Below, piece by piece: positions 52,711-64,000 of a stretch of DNA of 64,000 nt. A program made the translations under genes and the position numbers. The notes under the pieces were generated by a model. That model was not told where the DNA came from. It was given only the letters and a program-made list of their open reading frames with translations, and ran no database searches. Source of the DNA: Octopus sinensis (lineage: Eukaryota). Numbering within the stretch: position 1 is the stretch's first letter; each line of letters begins with the position of its first letter. The DNA lies in contig NC_043024.1 of NCBI RefSeq assembly GCF_006345805.1, positions 13,888,001-13,952,000 on the forward strand, in the 5' to 3' direction.

Positions 52711-53402
52711 TTCACTACGGCTAAGTCGTGCTGTTCGCAACATATATTTTTTTTGCGACACACACTAAAACGAGATAGATGAAACCCAAACAAACAAACA
52801 AAACAAACAAAACAAACAAAACAAAACTAATAAATAAAGCTGAAGAAAAGAACAAGAAAAATACCTCCACAAGAAAACATTTTTAAATATTGTTAACGTT
52901 TATTTTAGAAAACAACAGAAACGAAAAGAGACAAAAAACAACAACAACAACAATTAAAAACAACAAAAAAAACATTAATGTATTTTTTTTTCTCCGATCT
53001 AAAAGTTATTATAATTATTTGTTTTGTAATTTTTTTGTGTGTGTATGTCGTGTTTTTCATTATATTTTTTGTATATTCTTTTCATTTGAAAATTAACTGG
53101 TTATTATTATTTTCTATGTGTGTGTGTATGTATGTGTGTGTATGTGTGTGTGTGTGTGTCTGTTCTCTCTAATCAATAATATTTGGTTTCTAATGAATAT
53201 TTAATTTTTTTTTTTATTTAGTTCTATATTTTTTGAATTTTCTAATGTCGAGCGACACAAATTGAATGATTTTTAGAAATATTATTTTTTTGTTAATATT
53301 TTCTCATTGTCAATGAAAAATTGTATTTTCTTATTTGCTTTATGTTTTTTATATTTTTTTTATTATAGCCAGTTAATGTTCTATAGCATTAACATTTTTA
53401 TA

Positions 53403-53404
53403 AA

Positions 53405-53439
<35 letters not shown>

Positions 53440-53475
53440 GTAATAATGACAATAATAATAATAACAATAATGATG

Positions 53476-53506
<31 letters not shown>

Positions 53507-53577
53507 AAATAATAATAATGATGATTATAATAATAATAATAATGATAATAATAATAATAATAATAATGAAGATGATT

Positions 53578-53612
<35 letters not shown>

Positions 53613-53690
53613 AATGATGACGATGATGATGAGGATGAGGATGATGATGATGATAATTGTGATGTGGTGGTGGTGTTGGTGGTGGTACCA
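53403..53690. repeat. (TAA)n grading into (GAT)n and (GGT)n
   Basis: Direct reading. Confidence 0.93.
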
Positions 53691-54224
53691 AAACCCACAC
53701 CCAAACGCACACACAAACTCAAACTATAGAATATTTGATAAATTTCTAAATGGAAGAAAATAATATTATCAAAAGCACAGAACGTATTTTCAAAAAAAAA
53801 TAATTATAACAACTTATAATACCATAATTAAAAAGAAATATTAAAAAGAAATTGAATGCAAATTTAATATATGAAAACTATAAATAAATCGAAATAGGAT
53901 TTATGAATAGTTTGGCGTTAGACTTTTGGAAAATATTTCAAAAATATCGAACAATAGAACGGCAATGTCTAAGTGATAAGGTTCTTAATTTTGGTTGTCA
54001 AAGAATAGCGGTGTACGTGATGCTACAAGATTCCATTGTTCTGTTATGATTATTAATCGGCTAATCCATGGAATCGGTATCCGTTTGTACTTTTGTTGTT
54101 TGTCAAACACGAGCAGATATTATTTCTTGTTATGTATGATTTCAAACACACACATACATACACACACACTCGTATTTGCAGGAACAGAGAAACATACATA
54201 CACACAGATGCACGCACACAGAGA

Positions 54225-54355
<131 letters not shown>

Positions 54356-54545
54356 CCAAAGCGAGTTTTGTATGTCTATATCTCTAGGTCTGACTACATA
54401 GCAATCTTTCTTTCTTTTTTCTCTTTGTATATGTGTATATGTATATATATATATATATATCCACATACATATACATTATATACATATATATATGTGTATA
54501 TATACATATAAATATATGCATATATATATATGCATATATATATGC

Positions 54546-54577
<32 letters not shown>

Positions 54578-54940
54578 TATATATATATCTATATATATAT
54601 ATATATTAGAAAAAATACGGTAATCTGGCTTGTATATTTATAGATTTTTATTAAAATGTTACATGTTTTTATAAGTCATATATTAGCGCTTGCATCTACT
54701 CTAATAGCATTTGCTTCACTATTTCGCTCTCCATATATGTATATACGTGCATGTTTGTAGTTGTACTTGTATGTATAGGTCTGGTGATTCTACTAGAGTA
54801 GAGGCAATCGCTAATATATGATTTAAAAAAGAATGTGACATATTAATAAAAATCTTTAAATGTACAATCATCCAGATTTCTGAGTACCTTATTTCGTCTA
54901 ATATATAATACCTGTACATCACCTCCAAACCTTCTAATAC

Positions 54941-54971
<31 letters not shown>

Positions 54972-56249
54972 CCATCTCTAAATTATCCGGCAGCGAATCC
55001 GTTTTCAATAATTATGCTGATTGCAATAATTCAGCTTTTGTATAAAGCAGGATATAAGGAAAGAATTATATGTTATAACCACCTTGGCCCTAACTTTTCC
55101 TCCAATCATTTGGTTGATAGCAATTGCGCTATTGATAATAATAAAAGTAGCGATAAGAACAATAGTTATACTCATAAGAATAATAATAGTAATAATATTA
55201 TTAACAGTAACAGAGACAATAGCAACAAAAATACTCATTTCTCCTACCGGTGTCAATGCTGCGAATAATATCCCATTCCATTATAACATCCATAATCCTT
55301 ACCATTGTAATCTTAGAAACAGTCAAAGGGAAGTAACTCTAATTACTCAACATTTCTCCGCTTTTAAAAAGGAAATAGGTTTTTTTAATAATAACTTTCT
55401 CAATGAATCGCATAACCCTAGTAAAAATAACTGGTGAATGTTCAATACGGAAAACGAGATAAAAGTAACCTTCCCCACGTATTCCTTTAAGCTATCGAAA
55501 GGAACGTTTTCCATTAATTCCAGGTATCACTCAATTTTCAATGCACACCTTATCGGAATTGGCTTCTCCAACACCAGTAACTTCCTCCAGATTATCACAT
55601 CACAGTACAACTATATTCTTAAATGTAATAGACTCTCTTAATCATATTATTAGCGATATGATGCCCCTCCCAAATTTCAACAGTACTAGAAATAGAATAT
55701 TTTTACCTTCAACATAGAATAGAGAACAACGGTGTCGTTGCAAAAATAGATGAAATATCAAATAAAGAAGAAAACCAGTGTACACATAGTAGAAAGCTGC
55801 TACATATATTTGATTTTAAACACAAAATAATGCTCTATAATTATGATATTTCTTTTCCTCTTTCTGTTTTATGACAAGAATTTGCAAATAAATATGAATG
55901 CAGCTATGAGTTAAACGATTGAATCGACGTTTGGAGAAACCGGTAAACCAGTATCAGTCCCGCCAAAAGTAAAATAACAGAGGTGAATAAGAAAATAGAT
56001 GCTCAACATCGGTAATTTAACGTTATTGTTATAACAGTAAAAGGTTTCAATCAAGACGACGCACAACCAATAAGACGACAAAAGTGACCTACAATTGCAC
56101 AGTGTTATATGAGCGGAGATATCATCATGGGCCCATTGTGAGTGAAGAAATTATAGAGTCCGAATCAGTACTAAGACAGATGGTGACAAGCATTGAGAAA
56201 CGGATAGTATTAGAGCCAGTAACGGAGATAAAAGCAGTTGTTGATATTT

Positions 56250-57130
56250 CGGATGAGATTATGGCTGGAAATGGATCTCGAAATGGTGAAAAGTTGAGTT
56301 GGACGAAGGTGCTCTTCCCTGTGCCACATGCGGTAAAGTGGGCTCATCTGGGATGGAACTTTCTCCAGGTGTTTTTCGAACGTTTCCTGATTAATATTTT
56401 GTAGATCTCTGAAATTCTTTAGCAGGATGTTAAATATTGTGCTCCACTGAAGCCCAAGCTTTTGAAATATTTGGCCATTATCGGAGATGAAGAATACGGT
56501 ATCTTGGTAGTATGCAGTGCCCTCCAGTTGGGTGGATGCTGTAGTTTTTAATTCCAAGGTTGAGAGTTATAACTGTCAGGATCTTCTCCCATATGTTTAT
56601 CACTGCAAACCTTACCCGCCTTCTGTCCAGAGAGTAGCTCTTCCGTTCTTGTAGCCTCTACTAGCATCTCAACTGTTTCGTCCGGTCAATATTCATTATG
56701 TAGTGGCGCTGGATTGCCTCACGTTCTGCAACCAAGGTCACTCTGTGGCGAGCATAATTGAGAGCAATAATCCAGACGGCTAAGAGCAAGTATCCTCCTT
56801 AGGATTAGCAAGGATTCCTTATTTCTGGTTCTGAATGACCTAAAGATCCATCCAGCAACTCGCCTGCACATTGTTTGCCTTCCTGGCAATCTGCACATGG
56901 ATTCTGACATCATTAGCAAGGTCGATTCCCAGGTCCGGCCCCGATTCTAATTCTGGTATTACACTGCTCACGGCACCCATGCATTCCGATTGCAGTCTCT
57001 GGTCAGATAACGGAGAGCTTCACACTTATCAACTGTGAACTGCATGCTGTCTTCATCAGGCCGTGTCTACATTGCATGCAGGTAATTTCGCAGTTTTACT
57101 ACGTCACCAGGATTCTTGACCACGTGAGAT
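56250..57130 (-). mobile_element. CR1/L2-group LINE, decayed RT C-terminus
   Basis: MQFTVDKCEALRY, RRVAGWIFRSFRTR...LSRLDYCSQL, YSLDRRRVRFAVINIWEKI and TIFNILLKNFRDLQ. Confidence 0.85.
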
Positions 57131-57180
57131 AACTCTATTATCAGCATAGCTATGTGAGAGTGGCTCACAGTATATGTATG

Positions 57181-57235
<55 letters not shown>

Positions 57236-57339
57236 TTCTCTGTATATATATATGCATGTGTGTGTATATATATATATATGTATACACACACACACACACA
57301 CATATATATACATATGTATATATATATATATACATACAT

Positions 57340-57380
<41 letters not shown>

Positions 57381-57382
<2 letters not shown>

Positions 57383-57416
57383 ATGCCCGTCCCCACCTTG
57401 AATACTGTTGCTCACT

Positions 57417-57420
<4 letters not shown>
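57381..57420 (+). mobile_element. 40-bp CR1-like LINE remnant inside microsatellite
   Basis: Translates [12 protein letters not shown], resembling the CR1 VRPHLEYC..W motif with TGG changed to TGA. Confidence 0.45.
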
Positions 57421-57452
<32 letters not shown>

Positions 57453-59365
57453 CCACTGCGTGGTAATAAAGATTGCCATAAACATGAATACTTCGGTGTA
57501 TAAAATATAAAGTTATGTTCATGTGTGTAAATGGCGACCGTGAGTATTCCTTTAGAAATTCTTTCTCTCCTTATAAAAGAGGCACGCTTCAATATCAAGA
57601 TAGATACAGCATCATAAGTATCATTACCTTTTTAACCTACTCCCAGGTGCAAATTGTCAGTACAGATTTACCGCTACAGGTCTACTAGACGTTACGAATC
57701 CAACTACAATTGTTTGCTTTATAACCGACGACAGAATCTGATCCTTTCTTCATATTTGCAATTCTGTTTTAGATTCTCTAAAAATGCCAGAGCTTTAGTT
57801 TCTTTGTGAAGATAAAGAGGAAGACTTCAGTGCAGAAATCCCAGTGATTAAATTCAATCAGATCTGTAGATTGTGTTTTAAAATCATAACTATATTCTCA
57901 AACCCATAGCTATATATATAACTATATTATTGCATAGAGGATGGGGAAGTATTTTAAAGAATATTCATCCACCATTTGTAGCTAATTCTGTAACCATGTA
58001 AAAGCTTTACTTGATCGTAAAAAGGTTTTTCTTTTTCTCCAAGCTAAATTCCAAATGTCGTTGTAAATATATAGCGTCTCAATATAGCGTTGTAAATATA
58101 TAGCGTCTCAAAATTAAGACAGCGTATTGGGTTTTAAGGGATATCTGACTCTTCTTTCTAACCGCTCGAAAGAATCTATAAGAGCTCTGTGAAACAAGGA
58201 ATCAATAATGTTATATAATCCGAACGAAAGTACTTACTTTTAAATATGTCGTTATTTAAGATGACAATAACGAAGAACAAAGCGAAGGCCGGGTTTATTT
58301 CGGTGTACAGACAATTTACTCAGAAAAAAGAAAAGTCCTCCTTTACCTTTGAGGTGATGTAACAAAAATTTTGGATGGCACCTTACTTTCGCAACATTTA
58401 TTGAAATTACCGTACTTGACACTTTTCTCCCCCTTTTTTTTCATTATTTCATTACGTCGCTGAAATCTCACCGATTTTCTTCGACGATTCTCCATTTTCT
58501 CCCAAGTAATTAACGTCATATCTGTGTTTATGCAAGCTAAATTCATAAATATTATAAACGTGGATATTACTTTCAAGAAAATAAATCTAACAACATGGAA
58601 ATAATAATCAGAGGGATGTTTATTAGAAACTATCTCCAAAATAAGGATGATTGCTTGTTGTATATAAAGTAAAACAACGGGCAAGAACATTCTACGCTAA
58701 ATAGAAGCCATAATGCATGGCATTTGAAGAGATTTAATAACACAAAACACGTTCTTGATGCATCGCTACGTTCAATGCACTTCCTTCCGTCTTTTAGTTT
58801 TTATGTAATAGATTCAAGCACCGCATTCCTCAGTGCACGCGCACAAACTCACACACACAAACATGGACTCATGCAAATTTTCCCACTGTGTACATTTCTG
58901 AAATTACTATACAGGATCTATCTATCACACTCTCCTAATTTCTCTTTCTGTATACGTGTAAAAGAATGTGAGTGTTTGCAAGCGTGTGCCTGTGTATGTT
59001 CCTCTGTGTGTGTGCTTTGGTTTGTGAGTTGGTTTGTGAGTTCTTATGTGAAAGAGTACGCGTGTCTAGAGATGTTTTCGTGTACATGTGGATTCTGAAT
59101 CCATTAATGCCACCATCTCATACAATATTTATGTCTTTCTACAAATGATATGTATATATACGTGTGTGTGGAGAATGATATTTTTAAGAAAGGCTGTTCA
59201 TTAAATATTGAATCGAATATTTCACACACACACACAAACACACATATACATATATCTAATAATATAATATATGCATGTACATAATATATGCTTGTATGTA
59301 TGGATGTGTGTGTATATGTATATTTATATATTTATATATTATATCTGTACATCTCTATATGTACT

Positions 59366-59369
<4 letters not shown>

Positions 59370-59433
<64 letters not shown>

Positions 59434-59498
59434 CATATAAACATATATAGATAACTATATGTAACTACTGTCTATCTATATGTATATATATATGTATG

Positions 59499-59531
<33 letters not shown>

Positions 59532-59533
59532 TA

Positions 59534-59589
<56 letters not shown>

Positions 59590-59605
59590 GATATATATAT
59601 ATTTG

Positions 59606-59645
<40 letters not shown>
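59370..59645. repeat. (AT)n microsatellite
   Basis: Direct reading. Confidence 0.95.
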
Positions 59646-59648
<3 letters not shown>

Positions 59649-60069
59649 TTGTTTCTAGACGTATATTATCACATATGAAAATATAAGTAAATACATATGT
59701 AAATATATATATAAATGTGTGCATATATACATATTTAAATATATCGATACGTGAGTGTGTCCGTGTATGTATGTGTGTGTGTGTGCAAGGCTGTATTGCC
59801 AGGTGAGTGGTGTCTGTGTGTGTGTTTGTGTGAGTGTTTTCCGGTGATTTACTCCTTGCCTTCGCTCAGTGTTTGTGTATTCACTAATTTTTATTTTGTA
59901 ATTCTGCTAATGTTTATTTTCTCAATCGATATCTTAACACATTAACGGTTTTGTGTTGGTTGGAGCGTTCTTGTGATTATCCACAACCGAAATCGAGAAG
60001 ATATAAAACACACACACACACACACAGAAAGGAAACTTGAAAGAAAGTTGCGATAAGAACGATTGATGG

Positions 60070-60257
60070 GTTATTGTAATGGCAGTGGTGGTGATGTTGA
60101 TGATGGCGATGATGATGATTGCAATGCTGATGATGGCGATGGCGATGAGGATGATGATGATGGCGATGATGATGATGAAGATGACGATGATGATGGCGAT
60201 GATGATGATGATGATGATGGCGATGATGGCGACGATGGCGATGATGGCGATGATGGC

Positions 60258-60297
<40 letters not shown>

Positions 60298-60352
60298 GTG
60301 ATGATGATTGCGATGATGATGATGGCGATGGCGATGAGGATGATGATGATGG

Positions 60353-60388
<36 letters not shown>

Positions 60389-60396
60389 CGATGGTT

Positions 60397-60440
<44 letters not shown>

Positions 60441-60618
60441 GATGCTGACGATGTTGATGATGATGGCGATGATGATGGCGATGATAATGATGGTGATGGC
60501 GATGATGATGGTGATGATGATGATGATGGCGATGATGATTATGATGTCGATGATGATGACGGCAATAATGATGATGGTGATGCTGATGATGATATTGATA
60601 GCGATGATGATGTTGGCA

Positions 60619-60655
<37 letters not shown>

Positions 60656-60791
60656 CAATCACGACGATCACGGTTGATGTTTTTGTTGTTGTTAGTGATG
60701 GTGGTGGTGGTGGTGTTGGTGGTCGTGGTGGTTGTGATTGCGACTATGTTGACGATTGTGACGATAGTGAAGGTGATAGTGGTGACGATGG

Positions 60792-60823
<32 letters not shown>

Positions 60824-60925
60824 TTGACAACGACGACGACCAAGAAGAAGAAGAAGAAGAAGAAGAGAGAGAAGAAGAAGGAGAAGAAAATAAAGAAGAA
60901 GAAAGAGGAGAAGAAGAAGAATGAA
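60070..60925. repeat. Compound (GAT/GGC/GGT)n tract ending in (GAA)n
   Basis: Direct reading; gives the poly-D/M/H/I ORFs. Confidence 0.92.
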
Positions 60926-61504
60926 AGGAAAGAATGATGGAAGGAGAATCAAAAGAAGAAATCTGAATTTAATTCTATAAATTATGTAACGTGGAATCTT
61001 CCTGAAGGTATATTTCGCTTTATGCGGAATCTTGAATGTTTCTTTGAAACGAAGAACAGAATAAGAAAGAGTAAAAGAAAAAGATATTTAATAGGAAAAT
61101 ATTATTAGAAATAATACAGATTAATAAGTAAATAAGGAAATAAAAATCTAAGACAAAATGTTGCAATTACAAATTCGTGTTGCTATACCCAATAGGAATT
61201 CGAGGATTTTATTCTATGAAAATCCAAGACATTACTACAAGGAAATCTGTGTTGTTTCATTTTAAATATATCTGCTCGATATGAGTCTGTGTGTGTGTGT
61301 GTGTGATTTGTTTGAGGGAGAGGTGGTAAGAGAGAGGGAGAGAGACAGAGACAGAGACAGAGACAGAAAGGAAGACAGAGAAGTTTGAGAATGTTTGAAT
61401 GTGTGTTGATGTGTCTTTTATGTGTACGTGCGTGTGTGGCATACTATACGTAATGTACGCGTATGTCTACGTGCGTAGGAAGCGTTTTACAACTAAGAAT
61501 ATGT

Positions 61505-61512
61505 GTGGGTAT

Positions 61513-61567
<55 letters not shown>

Positions 61568-61588
61568 TTATATATATATATATATATA

Positions 61589-61622
<34 letters not shown>

Positions 61623-61738
61623 GTGTGTATGTGTATATATATATATATATTTATATATACATGCTGACATACATACATACGTACATACATACATTCATCC
61701 ATCCATATATATATATATATACATATATATGCATATAT

Positions 61739-61778
<40 letters not shown>

Positions 61779-61826
61779 TATTATATAGATATATGCATAT
61801 ATATATATAGATATATGCATATATAT

Positions 61827-61923
<97 letters not shown>

Positions 61924-61930
61924 GTATGCA
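61505..61930. repeat. (AT)n/(AC)n compound microsatellite
   Basis: Direct reading. Confidence 0.95.
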
Positions 61931-61949
61931 TATAACCATGCAACGAGCG

Positions 61950-62110
61950 ACATTCGAAAGAGAATGTGAAAGGTTCAGATGAGGGGAAATCAATGCTGAA
62001 AACCTCGCTTGCTCCTGGACGTGGATGACAAACACACGATTTGGAAACAGTATGATGCTAATCAACCGTGTGTCACCGAGTTTCACTTGTCTTCCACGAA
62101 CTAATTGCAA
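61950..62110 (+). mobile_element. Probable decayed mariner HTH-region fragment
   Basis: Across frameshifts NER...[12 protein letters not shown]...VDDK loosely matches mariner ERT..RWF.RFR.GD.SLED.PRSGRP..VDDD. Confidence 0.4.
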
Positions 62111-64000
62111 TGGAATCGAAATATGTAAGGCCCTACCGTTGCTGACGAAAAGTAAGTTACATAATATTATAAACTCACGGGTTTACTTGCTGCTATTCTT
62201 ATACAAATATGAAAGTGCATTAATTAACAAGATAATGATAATGATTTACACATGCCAATACCGAAAACGTCAAGCTGTTTAGAGTTTTAAGTGTAAGTAA
62301 TGCGTCACCGTTTTCTAAGCGAAAATGTGGAATCTTTTACGTATTGGTAATCTCAATGATTTTAGAACGTTTATGCGATAATTATACTTGCAAACCATGT
62401 TACTTTAACATGGAAGTGGTTCTTGTGCAAGTTTAATGTTAGCTAACACTATTTATATCCGTAAATGATACAAGGCAGTCATACGATGTAGAATATGATT
62501 CTGGGAATGCGCATGTCTTTCGATTCGACTTTCACATTTAGATTTAATAATGGTTCTCCTTCGTCGTGGTTATATTAATCTTATCTACATACGTAGATAG
62601 GATTAATAAAACTATTATTAAATCTAGATGCAAATGTATTATTCGATTTTAAATTAATTTGCAAGGAACCTTGGGTTTCATCTTGCATTGCAGAGCAAGA
62701 ATTTGCGTATATTCTTCTACGTTACATTCGAGTCCATAATTTCTAAACCATGAAACTGTATGGAATTTGATTCAAAATATTGGAACTTTCTGCATCGTAT
62801 CTGCCATCGTTGCCGTTGGTAATCTATTAGAAGATGAACCTTTAATTTTGTTTTATAATTCTATATTTTAAGACTATTCCTGAAAAATCGTAGCTTGGAG
62901 TCAAACATCCTGATATTTCTCTGTTAGCTTTTACACATCCCATCATTAGAGTGCGGCCATTCTTATCACACTACTTCGATTCATGTTTTGTATTTATTGT
63001 ATCGGTTTCTTCTATCGAACCGCAAATTTATGGTTGACGAAAAATTTCAGTAACAGGTATCACGCCTCAGATGAAGTACCACGCACAAACACACACACAC
63101 ATATACACACACACGCACACACTAAGTCAAAGACATAGACACAGTGTTCTACCACATAGTTTCCGTCTTCCAAATTCCACCACAAGGAACTATTCGGGGT
63201 TAACGAGACCCATATCTCGCAAAGGAAATAGTAAAATGTTTATGTTCGAAAATATCTGAAATTAACACTGGAATGGTAATTATTCTCATTCATAAAGGGA
63301 ATTGAGTTTAGTGGAAGATGGAAAAGATTGGTAAGGAAAACTGACAGGTAGGTACAAGTATGTCAGAAATGCTAAGGGAATGAATTTGCCTGCGGGCTAC
63401 GATTTGGCATTACCATAACAATTTGCTTCGTATAAAAAGTTCTGTGTTAATCTTGCATCCAAAATTCTCCCCTCTTTTTACTCGGTTTAGACTCCCGTCC
63501 TTGTGAAGTTCGCAAAGAAATTATAAATCTAGAACAGTAGAGTAGAACACTCAGAAGCGGATTGGAAGTGGTGCCTTGCAGTATCATTATTGTTAGTTTG
63601 TTAGCAATGGATCACGTTATAGAAATAGAGTGGAATCCATTTACTATAACCACGGATAATATATCATGAAATAAGTGTCTTCCAAATAGGCTTAAGGTAT
63701 TGTTTATACACTGTTTAATGCTGTCAAATGATTACGGTTAGCTGAAAGGCTCGATCCCCAATCAACGGCAGTAAGTTACGTCCAATGTATTTTTACTAAC
63801 GTGTCTTTTGATATATTCATGGAAACAGGTTTTTAGTATTTTTGAAAAAGAGATTACTGTTCACTTGAAGTTTCTTTTAAAATTCTTACCTTTTGAAAAC
63901 TTGCAAATCCTTTCACAGGATTTCGTGTTTTATGCTTGATCTCCTTCTTGTAAACTGCAAACTAGCAAATAAGAACCCGCTTCCATTTACTTCTATGGGA

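Noticed and set aside
58343-58690. 115-aa ORF containing KSVRF (RVxF-like) and ending at a possible donor
   Set aside because: No recognisable domain, a weak acceptor, and short motifs are expected by chance.
60063-60924. Asp-rich then Glu-rich ORFs resembling acidic biomineralisation proteins
   Set aside because: Compound (GAT)n/(GAA)n microsatellite. The acidic frame shifts near 60675, several frames are open, and there is no signal peptide or splice context.

Overview
Gene-poor, AT-rich eukaryotic DNA. The SINE families and microsatellite load suggest a cephalopod, probably Octopus (inference). No intact host protein-coding gene is supported: most long ORFs are microsatellite translations, and the recognisable ones are decayed transposon fragments. 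Contents: three tRNA-derived SINE families; fragments of R4/Dong-type LINEs, CR1/L2-group LINEs, Penelope-like elements (PLE), Tigger/pogo and mariner; a hAT MITE; and many (AT)n, (GATA)n, (TAA)n and (GAT)n tracts. Main findings: (1) dispersed minimal type I hammerhead ribozyme motifs in PLE-type terminal repeats, one fully canonical at 47834-47877 (-); (2) several fold-back inversions, including a 214-bp near-perfect palindrome carrying a hammerhead-like fold with two altered core bases; (3) an inverted fragment at 12749-12859 that reads across the end-to-start junction of a ~350-nt unit, implying a circular or tandem template; (4) SINE concatemers with head-less units sharing one breakpoint, one bracketed as a whole by a single target-site duplication. 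All alignments and folds were done by eye; no database searches were run.
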